From Nitratireductor sp. (GTDB lineage Bacteria > Pseudomonadota > Alphaproteobacteria > Rhizobiales > Rhizobiaceae), in assembly GCA_017854535.1 (NCBI GenBank), contig JAFMHL010000001.1, positions 27,365 to 91,364 on the forward strand: a stretch of 64,000 bases of DNA, read 5' to 3'. The notes beneath the pieces are model-generated. The model searched no databases. It had not been told where the DNA came from and saw only the letters and a list, made by a program, of their open reading frames with translations. The translations under genes and the position numbers were made by a program. Of this stretch, positions 10,019-19,204 are shown piece by piece (the stretch's first letter is position 1; every line of letters starts with the position of its first letter).

Positions 10019-10813
10019 TTATCGCTCAAAGACGAACGGGAACCAATCTTCTCGCAATATCTGGCCTTGCTTCATATCATGGCTGGGGAAGGGCGGTGAT
10101 GTTGGTCCCGGGCGTTCCGTGTAGCGCGCGTCATCGCCCAGCATGCGTAGGGAAAAAGCACGACGGCGCATGGTTGAAGTGTTCCCACGTGCGCCATGGA
10201 GAATGCCGTAATTAAAAGCTACTGCATCGCCTGGTTCCATTTCCCATTCTACGATTTTCATGCCTTCGGCATCAGGGTCTGGCACTGGCATATATTTGTC
10301 ATCGACTGGGTAAAAATTGGTTTCGGAAAGCCAACGGGTTGGGACAACTGATTTCTCCCATTTGTGACTTCCCGCTACACAGCGCAAACTTGCTTCCTTG
10401 ACGGGATCAACGGGCGACCAGAAACTGATATTCTGTTTACCATCGACAAAATAATAGGGGCTGTCTTGGTGCCAAGGTGTTGGTTTTGAGGTTCCAGGTT
10501 CTTTGACCAAAATATGATCGTGGAAAACCTGAGTTTTGTTTGAAACCATCAAATCTGCTGCGACTTCTGCTGCAGGTGAATTACGAATGACATCTTCAAA
10601 ATCGCTGATACGGGTCCAATTGCAATAGTCGTCAAAAAAACGCCCGCCTTCTCCGGGTTTGAGATTTTCGGCTGCATAGGGGCCTGGATCACTCATATTC
10701 TTTTCAATGCCGGAGCGGATTGTTTCGACATGATCTTTGAACAACCCCTTTACCAAAACAACGCCGTCGCGCTGAAAGCTGTCTATCATTTCTTGGGTAA
10801 CCAGTTTGTGCAT
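10019..10813 (-). CDS. Phytanoyl-CoA dioxygenase (PhyH) family Fe(II)/2-oxoglutarate oxygenase
   Basis: WHQDSPYY (HxD iron site) and a distal HGARGN. The start is set at MHKLVTQEMIDSFQRDG; the track ORF extends to 10843. Confidence 0.7.
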   Translation of the reverse strand: MHKLVTQEMIDSFQRDGVVLVKGLFKDHVETIRSGIEKNMSDPGPYAAENLKPGEGGRFFDDYCNWTRISDFEDVIRNSPAAEVAADLMVSNKTQVFHDHILVKEPGTSKPTPWHQDSPYYFVDGKQNISFWSPVDPVKEASLRCVAGSHKWEKSVVPTRWLSETNFYPVDDKYMPVPDPDAEGMKIVEWEMEPGDAVAFNYGILHGARGNTSTMRRRAFSLRMLGDDARYTERPGPTSPPFPSHDMKQGQILREDWFPFVFER

Positions 10814-10999
10814 TTTGCGCGCTCCATGGCAGCTCATTTTCATTCAGGATTTATAACTTAGCCAAAGCTTAGGGCAAGCTTTTGATCTGGTTTATGATAA
10901 ATTCTGTTATGGTTCTACGGTTAAAAATTGCTATAGAAACATATCAAGAGCACCAACAACTTGTTTGGGCCATGAAATTTGATTGGAAGGCAGTAAGTT

Positions 11000-11743
11000 A
11001 TGAAGAAAATTGCATTGGTAACGGGCGGCGGTTCAGGGGTTGGTAAAGCCTGTGCGATAACTTTAGGAAAGAATGGTTATCATGTGATTTTAACCGGCCG
11101 CAGATTGGACGCGCTTGAGGCGGTTGTTGGTATTCTTGGAAAAGATAACAGCACGGCGATTGCTTGCGATGTGACAGATTGCGATGCTGTTGATGCGATG
11201 TATGATAGAATAGAAAAAGACTTCGGCAGACTTGATGTGTTGTTTAACAATGCGGGCAATAATGTTCCTCAAGCGCCCATTGGCGATGTGCCAGTCAGTG
11301 ATTTCGTAAAAGTGATTAGTGTGAATCTCATCGGCGCTTTTGCATGCGCGCGTGGGGCGTTTAACTTGATGCGCAAACAAACTCCGCAAGGTGGGCGTAT
11401 TATCAATAATGGCTCGATCTCGGCTTATATGCCAAGGCCAGGCTCTTCGCCTTATACCGCGTCAAAGCACGCCATCACCGGTTTGACGCGCACCATATCA
11501 CTTGATGGTCGTCCCTATAACATTGCTTGCGGCCAAATTGATATTGGTAATGCGGCTTCTGAAATGACGGCTAAAATGACAGGTGGGGTTCCTCAGGCAG
11601 ATTTATCGATCAAGCCCGAGCCTGTAATGGATGTGCAGCATGTAGCAGATTCAGTGTTGCATATGGCAAACCTGCCGCTTGAAGCTAATGTCCAATTCAT
11701 GACCGTTATGGCAACGACCATGCCCTATGTGGGGCGTGGATGA
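11000..11743 (+). CDS. SDR-family oxidoreductase
   Basis: 247 aa. TGGGSGVGKA Rossmann motif, NNAG and YTASKHA (YxxxK). Confidence 0.8.
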   Translation: MKKIALVTGGGSGVGKACAITLGKNGYHVILTGRRLDALEAVVGILGKDNSTAIACDVTDCDAVDAMYDRIEKDFGRLDVLFNNAGNNVPQAPIGDVPVSDFVKVISVNLIGAFACARGAFNLMRKQTPQGGRIINNGSISAYMPRPGSSPYTASKHAITGLTRTISLDGRPYNIACGQIDIGNAASEMTAKMTGGVPQADLSIKPEPVMDVQHVADSVLHMANLPLEANVQFMTVMATTMPYVGRG

Positions 11744-11762
11744 TCAAGCCGCATTAAACTGG

Positions 11763-12863
11763 TTATTTAATCCCAAAATACTCAACCAACCGATCAATTT
11801 CGGAACTGTGGAACTGCGCCAACCGCGCATTTGGTTGCTGGTTTGTGATCCGTTGAAGCATGGGATCTTCAATATGTACTGGGTCTCCTGACATGGCTTC
11901 CAAAACTGCATGGCCGCAGAAAGGCACATAGACTTCTGAGTATCCGCCTTCATGGGCGGTAACTATTTTACCGCCTGATTCTGCCATGACCATTTCAGTC
12001 ATTTTTCTAAATGTGTCGGATGAGCACATCATGCGCGATAATGGGTCTCCAGCTGCCGCATCATAGCCGCAAGCAACTATAATCAAATCGGGTTTGAATG
12101 CCCGAAGGCGCGGCAAAACAAGGCGTTCCATTGCTTCCAAATACAGATCATTGCCACCGCCCGGGGGAAGCGGAATATTCATATTGGAATTGGGAGCGGC
12201 TTTGCCTCCGGTCTGGTCTGCCGATCCAGTATCCAAGGGATAACAACGTTCCTGATGAAGGGATATGGTCAGGGTATTGGGATCATCGTAATAAATCGCC
12301 TCGGTTCCATTGCCGTGGTGAACATCCCAATCAACAACGGCCACGCGCTCAACCAGTTTCTCTGCCCGGGCTGCTTCAATCGCTATTGGAATATTGGCCA
12401 GCAGACAAAATCCATTTGGGAAATCAGGAAGACAATGATGGCCCGGTGGGCGGGAAAGGGCGTAGGCGTTGTTTGCCGAACCTTCCAGAACAGATTTAAC
12501 CGCCTGCTTTACAAGCCCAGTGGAGAGTGCTGCAATCTCAAAGCCACCTGGACCGAAAGGGGTGCGCAAACCCAATTCGCCGCCGCCTTGGTCTGACATA
12601 CGCTTGAATTCCTCCACATATGTTTTTGGGTGAACTCTCAAGAGATCTTCTATTGTTGCAGAGGCAGCGCCTGACATATGCAAATGACTGGCGAGCCCAC
12701 TAACCTCCAATAGGTTTTTCAACCGTCGTTTTGTCTCGGGTGCTTCCGGTAAGCCACCTGATACCAAGGGTTGAACAAAACCTCCTACTGGAAGAACCTG
12801 CGCATAATTACCGCCGCCATGCCAAAAGCAGCGCTCATCAAAATAGAAATGGGTTTTGGTCAT
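11763..12863 (-). CDS. Histone-deacetylase-family Zn amidohydrolase (acetylpolyamine / acetoin-utilisation type)
   Basis: RPPGHH, DWDVHHGNGT and a later GGY are the diagnostic HDAC/AcuC/Aph motifs. The start is set at MTKTHFYF; the track ORF extends to 12932. Confidence 0.75.
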   Translation of the reverse strand: MTKTHFYFDERCFWHGGGNYAQVLPVGGFVQPLVSGGLPEAPETKRRLKNLLEVSGLASHLHMSGAASATIEDLLRVHPKTYVEEFKRMSDQGGGELGLRTPFGPGGFEIAALSTGLVKQAVKSVLEGSANNAYALSRPPGHHCLPDFPNGFCLLANIPIAIEAARAEKLVERVAVVDWDVHHGNGTEAIYYDDPNTLTISLHQERCYPLDTGSADQTGGKAAPNSNMNIPLPPGGGNDLYLEAMERLVLPRLRAFKPDLIIVACGYDAAAGDPLSRMMCSSDTFRKMTEMVMAESGGKIVTAHEGGYSEVYVPFCGHAVLEAMSGDPVHIEDPMLQRITNQQPNARLAQFHSSEIDRLVEYFGIK

Positions 12864-12997
12864 GATTAGGCGTTCCGTATTAGTCTTTGTTTCTGTCGAC
12901 TTGAAGGTTGCGCTAAATTGGTAAATGGTCAAGAAAACAGTTTCAGTTTGTCAAACCAAACGAACTTATTCATTAAATTTTTTCCAAGGCGATCAGT

Positions 12998-14446
12998 ATG
13001 AGCAATCCCAAAACTACTTTCAGCGGTTCGAAATTGTGCGCATTGTCTGCCCGTGATGCCATTGCTAAGCTGAAATCCAAAGAGGTTTCTCCAGCGGAAA
13101 TGCTGGATGCTGTTTTTGAACGGATTGCGGCTGTTGAACCAATCGTCAATGCGACCGTTACCTTGTGCGAAGATCGCGCCCGCAATGCCATAAAAAATAT
13201 GACCCGGGATAAAACAATCAATGGCAATGAGCCTGGATGGTTGGCAGGGCTTCCCATTGCCATCAAAGATTTGACGAAAGTATCAGGTGTTCGAACCACA
13301 TTTGGAAATACGGCGCTTAAAGACTTTATTCCGGAAGATAATGACCCGCTTGTGCAGCGCATGGAAGATCGAGGCGGTGTTGTGGTGGGCAAGACCAATA
13401 CGCCGGAGTTTGGTGCTGGTGGCAATACCTTCAATGAGGTTTTTGGATACACACGAAACCCTTGGGATACGCGCAAAAATTCAGGGGGTTCTTCAGGCGG
13501 CGCAGCGGTGGCGCTTGCAACAGGTGAGGTTTGGTTGGCGCAGGGTTCAGATTTGGCCGGCTCTTTGCGCACTCCTGCCGCCTATTGCGGTATTGTTGGT
13601 TTGCGCCCAACGCCTGGACGCTTTGGCGGCGGTCCTGCTGCCACTGCATTTGCCACGGAAGGTATTGCGGGACCAATGGCGCGGGATGTGCGTGATCTTG
13701 CATTATTTCTTGATCATGGCACGGGCTATCTTCCTGAAGTGCCGACCAGTTTGGATGCACCATTAGTTTCGTTTCAAGAAGAAGTTGAAAAAGTGGATGG
13801 CAAAGTTCGCATCGCTTTTTCTGAAGATCAAAATGGCTTTTCTCCTGTTGAAAAAGAGATCAGGAATATCATGCGATTGGCAATGGAGAAAGTTGCCAAG
13901 GCAGGAGGGGAAGTTGAGGAAGCCTGTCCAGATTTACCCGATCTGGCGCGCACCTATTCTTCCTTGCGCGGCATTCACTATGGCTCCGTGAATGGATATT
14001 TGCCTGATGCTGTTCAGGCTTGTTTTAAGCCTACGTTAAAGCAGAATACTGAGTTTGGTAGAAACCTGAAGACTGAAGACATTTATGATGCTTTGCGCCA
14101 GCGGACAGTGATTTATCAAAATATGAGAATATTTCTTGAGCGCTATGATGTGCTGGCGATCCCGGTGGTCGGGCTCGAGCCGGGCATGGTTGAAGATGAA
14201 TACCCATTATTGGTTGATGGAAATAAACTGGATGATTATCTGGATTGGCTGAGATTTTCGTTCCTGGCAACCACGGCAGGACTGCCCGCACTTTCATTGC
14301 CCATCGGATTTACCGCATCTGGTATGCCTGTTGGCATTCAGCTAGTTGGTCCGCCAAGGGGCGATGCAAAATTGTTACAAGTTGCTCGCGCTGTGGAAGA
14401 AGTTGTCAAGTTTCCAGTTGGTCCGATTGACCCCATTGTGAAATAG
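12998..14446 (+). CDS. Amidase-signature enzyme (GatA-like amidase)
   Basis: 482 aa. GGSSGGAAVALATG amidase signature and an upstream catalytic Lys context (PIAIKD). Confidence 0.85.
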   Translation: MSNPKTTFSGSKLCALSARDAIAKLKSKEVSPAEMLDAVFERIAAVEPIVNATVTLCEDRARNAIKNMTRDKTINGNEPGWLAGLPIAIKDLTKVSGVRTTFGNTALKDFIPEDNDPLVQRMEDRGGVVVGKTNTPEFGAGGNTFNEVFGYTRNPWDTRKNSGGSSGGAAVALATGEVWLAQGSDLAGSLRTPAAYCGIVGLRPTPGRFGGGPAATAFATEGIAGPMARDVRDLALFLDHGTGYLPEVPTSLDAPLVSFQEEVEKVDGKVRIAFSEDQNGFSPVEKEIRNIMRLAMEKVAKAGGEVEEACPDLPDLARTYSSLRGIHYGSVNGYLPDAVQACFKPTLKQNTEFGRNLKTEDIYDALRQRTVIYQNMRIFLERYDVLAIPVVGLEPGMVEDEYPLLVDGNKLDDYLDWLRFSFLATTAGLPALSLPIGFTASGMPVGIQLVGPPRGDAKLLQVARAVEEVVKFPVGPIDPIVK

Positions 14447-14518
14447 GATAAGCGTCTTCTTTGAGGATTATACACACCTCAAGCTGTTTTCTAATAAGTA
14501 CGGTTTAAGCCTAGAGCC

Positions 14519-14584
14519 ATGTATCAAGAATATTTAAAAACAAAGACAAAATATTTGCAGTCGCGCCGATGATCGACTGGACGG
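14519..14584 (+). pseudogene. Displaced and decayed 5' stub of dusA (left junction, attL-like)
   Basis: ATGTATCAAGAATATTTAAAAACAAAGACAAAATATTTG followed by the 27-mer resembles the first 67 nt of the intact dusA at 42480. It is 1 nt shorter before the core, so the ATG is out of frame with the ...KNKDKIFAVAPMIDWT reading. Similarity ends at 14584. Confidence 0.7.
14558..14584. repeat. 27-bp direct repeat, left copy (CAGTCGCGCCGATGATCGACTGGACGG)
   Basis: Identical to 42520-42546. The flanking bases differ on both sides. Confidence 0.9.
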
Positions 14585-14610
14585 CGAACGCATATTTATC
14601 AAATGGTTAG

Positions 14611-15087
14611 AGCTTACGGCGTGCAAAAGTCCGTGCAGTTGGAAATGAAGCGCTTGATCTTGGCAATATTGTTCAGCCCATCCGCATTGCCACTGCTAGT
14701 CATCTCAAAACTCCGTTTTATGTGCAGTTTGTGATGGGTGTGAAAAACTCTATGCCCGCAGATGAGCGTATTTTTGATTTCTATATAGAGACTTTAAGAC
14801 GTGTTGCGCCTGAGGCTCAATGATGTGCTGCAGGTACTGGCGCAGCACAACTTACAATTAATGAATGGTCGATTTCCAAGTGTGGCCACGCGCGAACAGG
14901 CCTTGAAGATGATGTTAGATTAGACCGCAGTACTCTTGCTCCATCTAATGCAGCGTTGGCCAGACGAGCAGTAGAATCAAATGAAAAATATGAACGTCCT
15001 ATAGCTATTTGGCAGCAAGCCCGCGCAATAATAAAAATGAGAAGTCAGTCCAAGTTTTTCCTTGAGGATGAAGCGTTTCCTCAATAG
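14611..15087 (+). pseudogene. C-terminal fragment of a BKACE / DUF849 (3-keto-5-aminohexanoate cleavage enzyme family) gene, with an in-frame stop
   Basis: Hand translation of one frame gives ...EALDLGNIVQPIRIATASHLKTPFYVQFVMGVKNSMPADE...APEAQ*CAAGTGAAQL...GHARTGLEDDVRLDRSTLAPSNAALARRAVE...ARAII. There is a TGA at 14821-14823 where this family has Trp. The N-terminal third or more is missing. No ORF of 60 aa or longer is in the track here. Confidence 0.55.
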
Positions 15088-15132
15088 CAGCACCTTACAT
15101 TTCCCATGTAGACGGAGTCATGATTTTCGTTA

Positions 15133-16737
15133 TTAAAAGCATAATGCTGTCGAAATTAATTTTCTCATATCCGTAGTTTCAGTTCCCGCCCATGCTACAT
15201 AATGATCAGGGCGCACTAGCAAACAAGGTGCACCGTAAAATTTTTCAGCAGCACTATCTTGCCGATGGATAATGCAGATAGGGAAGTTGTTTCCCGCCAC
15301 GATCGCATTCATCTCTTGGGCACTAATGCCATCTTGCGAGAAGTCTAAGAAAGTGAAATCAGCCCCTAACTCCTCAAAAATGTTTGTACCATTTGCCAAA
15401 ATTTTAGGCGCTAAGTGATGGCCTGCTTGCGCTTTGAAAACGTGTGCTCCGCTTGCGCTAGGCGATGCATTATGATCGCCGCAAACGATACTTGAACCAT
15501 TATAGTTTGGCTCATACGCGGTCACTTCTGAGGAGTCGTTGGTTCTCGAATGCCATTTTGCTTCGAAGGCCCCTAAGTCAGTCTCCGGGCTATATGTTTC
15601 AAGAAACTCACGGTCTTCTATGATGAAGTTTTCAATAAAATCATCTCGAAGGGTTTCGAAGATAGGACGGCGCTCTTCATCATAGGTTTGAAGCAATTCT
15701 GGTTTAGAGATTCCTTTCAACACTGAAGCCAGTTTCCAACCCAAATTTCGGGCGTCTTCCAGACCTGTATTTATGCCATAGCCGCCATAGGGAGGATGAG
15801 AGTGCGCCGCGTCACCAGCTACAAATATGCGACCCTTTTTGTAGGTATTAGCTACAGCAAAGCGTAAATCCCAAAATCCCACATAATCTAGTTCCAAAGT
15901 AAATTCGGCTCCTACTGTGCGATGCAAAAATGCCGCGAAGTCATAATTATCGGCAGTGGTGTCCATTGGAACCGGCGCATGGAAAAACCAGCTTGAACCC
16001 AGATCTACACGGCCGAGAAATTGCCAATACCCTTTCATGTCAGGATGAAGTGCATTGTAAAATGACTTGGTTGGAAACCTGCTTAGCAACTGGTGCAATT
16101 CGGTAGATTTGAAAACCAAAAGCACCATCTTCTTTTCGTGGTCTTGACGCGTCTCAGTTATTCCAGCGAGTTTGCGAACCAGTGAATTGCTTCCATCCGC
16201 CCCAACAAGATATTTGCCTATGATTTGCTGTGTAACAGGTGAATTATCGTTCTTCTTCTTTCGCTTTGTGATTGTTAGAGAAACGTCTTTTTCAGTTTCG
16301 TCCAATGCACTTGCTGCCCAACCGTAAAACAGCGTAATGTTGGAAATTTGCGCGGCACGCTCCCGCAATGCGGCTTCGGTCTCATATTGAGGCAAGCGTT
16401 CTACAGCAGAATAATAATAAGGTTGAACTTTTTCGCGCGGCAGCCATTCGTATCGATGGGGACTTAGCAGATTGCCGTAACTGACAATGCCGCCATTGGC
16501 CACGCCAGCGGGCATGTGGCGGCGTTTGCGCAACTGATCTTCACATTTCCAAAAATGGATATGCTCCATGGTGCGTTGGGTTAAATTTTGACCTTTAGGA
16601 ATTGGTTGCGGCGTTTCATAGCGTTCAACAACCGCAACACTAACACCTCTTTGTCCCAACTCAATAGCCAGTCCCATTCCAACAGGACCGCCCCCTGAAA
16701 TGATTACGTCAAATCGTTTTACAGCTGCCATTCTCAA
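15133..16737 (-). CDS. FAD-dependent aromatic-ring monooxygenase (PheA/TfdB/MhpA-type, with a C-terminal thioredoxin-like domain)
   Basis: 534 aa. DVIISGGGPVGMGLA (GxGxxG), GADGSNSLVR and VAGDAAHSHPPYGGYGINTGLEDARNLGWK are the class-A flavoprotein hydroxylase fingerprints. Confidence 0.8.
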   Translation of the reverse strand: MRMAAVKRFDVIISGGGPVGMGLAIELGQRGVSVAVVERYETPQPIPKGQNLTQRTMEHIHFWKCEDQLRKRRHMPAGVANGGIVSYGNLLSPHRYEWLPREKVQPYYYSAVERLPQYETEAALRERAAQISNITLFYGWAASALDETEKDVSLTITKRKKKNDNSPVTQQIIGKYLVGADGSNSLVRKLAGITETRQDHEKKMVLLVFKSTELHQLLSRFPTKSFYNALHPDMKGYWQFLGRVDLGSSWFFHAPVPMDTTADNYDFAAFLHRTVGAEFTLELDYVGFWDLRFAVANTYKKGRIFVAGDAAHSHPPYGGYGINTGLEDARNLGWKLASVLKGISKPELLQTYDEERRPIFETLRDDFIENFIIEDREFLETYSPETDLGAFEAKWHSRTNDSSEVTAYEPNYNGSSIVCGDHNASPSASGAHVFKAQAGHHLAPKILANGTNIFEELGADFTFLDFSQDGISAQEMNAIVAGNNFPICIIHRQDSAAEKFYGAPCLLVRPDHYVAWAGTETTDMRKLISTALCF

Positions 16738-18161
16738 ACGGTTCCAGATTCCATGTAAACATGTTTGGTTTCGAGGAAGTCGTTTAGTCCCTCTACACCG
16801 TGAAGGCGTCCCAGACCTGATTGACCATAGCCGCCGGTTTCACCTTCGGCAAAGAGCCTTGTATGGGAATTGAGCCATACGGTTCCGGCCCGAATTGCCC
16901 GGCTTACCCGCATTGCGCGGTTCAAATCATTGGTGAACACACTTGCAGCCAGACCGTAAACGGTTGCATTGGCCATCATGACCGCTTCTGCTTCATCCTC
17001 AAACGTTTCGATGGAAACGATAGGTCCGAACAATTCTTCCTGAACCAATTCAGATTGAAGGTCGTCAATACGGAAAATGCTGGGCGTTAGAAATGCACCG
17101 CCGGAAATAGCTTCGCCCTTCAATAGTAACTCGCCTTCATCGCCTGCTTGCTCGATGATCTGCTGCAACCGCTTTTGGTTCGATTGATCAATCAGACTGC
17201 CCATTTGACTGCTTGGATCGGAGCCGCGCCCGACCTCAACTGATTTGAATGCTGCAATCATGCGCTCTTCGAATTTTTTCTGAATAGACTTGTGAACAAG
17301 AAACCGAGCAGCAGCGACACAGATTTGGCCGGCCATCACGAGGGCACCATGGGTAAGCTCATGAACTGCAAGATCAAGATCGGCATCAGCAAATATTAAA
17401 GCAGGCGCTTTGCCGCCCAATTCAAGGTTTACTCGCTTAAGGCTTGGCGCAGCGCCCGCCATTATCAGCTTTCCGGTTCTGCTTGATCCGGTAAAACTGA
17501 TCAGGTCTATATCTGGGCAAGCCACCATAGCCTGACCAACTTCATATCCGTTTTCGTTGATGGAATTCACAACTCCTTTGGGAAGAGACGGGCATTCAAT
17601 CAGGCACTGCAGAACCCTTGCATGAACCAAAGGTGTTTGGTCAGCAGGCTTGATGACACAGGTGCATCCGGCGGCTAAGGCTGGTGCCAGAGATCGCACC
17701 AGCAAAGTTAGCGGTGCATTCCACGGTACGATAATTCCTGCGACACCTGCAGCCTCGCGATGCATAAGTGAGAAATTGCCTGGCGCGGTCTCAATGGTTC
17801 GGCCAAGAACCGTTCGTGCAAGCCCGCCATAATAACGGGTCTCAGAGATCGCGCCGATGGTCTCCCCAAGCGCTTCGGCTCGAAGTTTCCCATTTTCGGC
17901 TACGATCAAATCAACAATTTCATCTTTTGCTGCTGCAAGTCTGTCCGCAAATTCGAATAATACAGATGCTCTCAGACGCGGTGAGGCCTGCCAAGACGTG
18001 TTAAAGAAAACACTTCTTGAAACACCTGCTGCTTGGTCAACAAGTGCTTTTGATCCAACATGATAATTGCCAACCAAACTATTGTCTGCGGGATTGGTGC
18101 TCGCGCGTTTCTCGCCCTTGTCGATCCAGTTTCCATCTATGTAATGCTTCGCAGTTTGCAT
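16734..18161 (-). CDS. NAD(P)-dependent aldehyde dehydrogenase
   Basis: 475 aa. LELGGKAP, a catalytic-Cys region (GQICVAAAR) and EELFGPI. Its stop overlaps the start of the downstream monooxygenase by 4 nt. Confidence 0.85.
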   Translation of the reverse strand: MQTAKHYIDGNWIDKGEKRASTNPADNSLVGNYHVGSKALVDQAAGVSRSVFFNTSWQASPRLRASVLFEFADRLAAAKDEIVDLIVAENGKLRAEALGETIGAISETRYYGGLARTVLGRTIETAPGNFSLMHREAAGVAGIIVPWNAPLTLLVRSLAPALAAGCTCVIKPADQTPLVHARVLQCLIECPSLPKGVVNSINENGYEVGQAMVACPDIDLISFTGSSRTGKLIMAGAAPSLKRVNLELGGKAPALIFADADLDLAVHELTHGALVMAGQICVAAARFLVHKSIQKKFEERMIAAFKSVEVGRGSDPSSQMGSLIDQSNQKRLQQIIEQAGDEGELLLKGEAISGGAFLTPSIFRIDDLQSELVQEELFGPIVSIETFEDEAEAVMMANATVYGLAASVFTNDLNRAMRVSRAIRAGTVWLNSHTRLFAEGETGGYGQSGLGRLHGVEGLNDFLETKHVYMESGTV

Positions 18162-18162
18162 T

Positions 18163-19185
18163 TTAAACTCCTATGGAAAGGCCAAGCAACTTGTTAGCAT
18201 TGTCCTGGAATACTTTGCGTTTGATCTCATCGCTGACATCTAAATCTTCAATGAGCTTGATGGTTTCGCGAATATACATCGGCCCACCTTCTGGATCGAA
18301 AGGTGCGTCTGATGCAAAGAGAACATGGTCTTCGCCAAAGAACTCGATGGCATGTTTAATTGCGCTGGCGGACCCGAAGGTAGCTGTGTCAGCATAGAAA
18401 TCTTTGAAATATTCGAGGTGAGGGCGCTTTAATGATTTTCTGACCGCAGCAAGATCTTTATCTGTAGTGCGTGCACCCATCTGGTCCCAACCGGGGCCAA
18501 CGCGCCCTTCAAAAAACGGAATCATACCGCCGCCATGGTGGGTAATCACATTGAGACCCGGATATTTGTCAAAGAGGCGTGAGAATACCATGCGTGCCAT
18601 GGCTGCTGAAGTTTCATAGGGCCAACCAAAGGTCCACCAGATTTCATATTCAGATTGCTCTTCTGTTTTGTAATCGGAAAAATTTGCGCCGCGTGCAGGA
18701 TGAAGCCAGACTGGTTTGCCAACCTTAGCCATGTATTCGAAGAATGGCTCAAATTCTGCGAGATCAAGCGGCTTGCCTGCAACATTGGTGAAAATCTGCA
18801 TGCCTACTGCGCCAAGTTCCTCAATGGCTCTTTTGCACTCCGTGACACATGCGGCAGGATTGTTCATCGGCGCAGTGCCGATAAAAGCAGGAAATCTTTC
18901 GGGATATTTCTGGCAAAGTTCCGCCATAGAGTCTGAACCGATCTGTGACAACTCCAATGCTTTTTCAGGGCCAGCCAGCAATTCTAGCGGCGGTGAGGCA
19001 AGGGAGAGAACCTGAACATAGTCTTCACCAAACATGTCCATGACCTCAAAGCGGCGATCCAGTTCGGTCATCATAGGCACAGCGCCGGAGCGTTTTGTAA
19101 TATCGCTCATGGTTCCAATATGGTCGATCAAACGATCAAAAAATGGCTTTGGCCAGATATGGTTGAATATATCAATTTTTTTCAT
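18163..19185 (-). CDS. Amidohydrolase_2 (ACMSD / gamma-resorcylate / LigW-type decarboxylase-hydratase family)
   Basis: Start set at MKKIDIFNHIWP, with AGGAA 6 nt upstream. Also has PVWLHP, ITHHGGGMIPFF and FASDAPFD (distal Asp). Lies 1 nt upstream of the ALDH start. Confidence 0.7.
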   Translation of the reverse strand: MKKIDIFNHIWPKPFFDRLIDHIGTMSDITKRSGAVPMMTELDRRFEVMDMFGEDYVQVLSLASPPLELLAGPEKALELSQIGSDSMAELCQKYPERFPAFIGTAPMNNPAACVTECKRAIEELGAVGMQIFTNVAGKPLDLAEFEPFFEYMAKVGKPVWLHPARGANFSDYKTEEQSEYEIWWTFGWPYETSAAMARMVFSRLFDKYPGLNVITHHGGGMIPFFEGRVGPGWDQMGARTTDKDLAAVRKSLKRPHLEYFKDFYADTATFGSASAIKHAIEFFGEDHVLFASDAPFDPEGGPMYIRETIKLIEDLDVSDEIKRKVFQDNANKLLGLSIGV

Positions 19186-19204
19186 GACGTTTCCTGACTG
19201 AGTG

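Noticed and set aside
12973-13572. 199-aa minus-strand ORF antisense to the amidase gene
   Set aside because: It lies entirely within a gene that has a clear amidase signature. Its translation is Pro/Ser/Ala-rich and low-complexity with no recognisable motif, which is typical of a shadow ORF.
14461-14490. Weak stem TTGAGG-N10-CCTCAA plus TTTT after the amidase gene
   Set aside because: A 6-bp AT-containing stem with a 10-nt loop is too weak to call a terminator with confidence.
14498-14503. Inverted copy of the CCGTAC hexamer upstream of the dusA stub as a fourth recombinase site
   Set aside because: Only 6 bp match, which is expected by chance many times in 64 kb.
15062-15084. Hairpin TTGAGGA-N9-TCCTCAA between the BKACE pseudogene and the monooxygenase gene as a bidirectional terminator
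   Set aside because: It lies inside the pseudogene's last codons. The flanking T-run is on the wrong side for either transcript.
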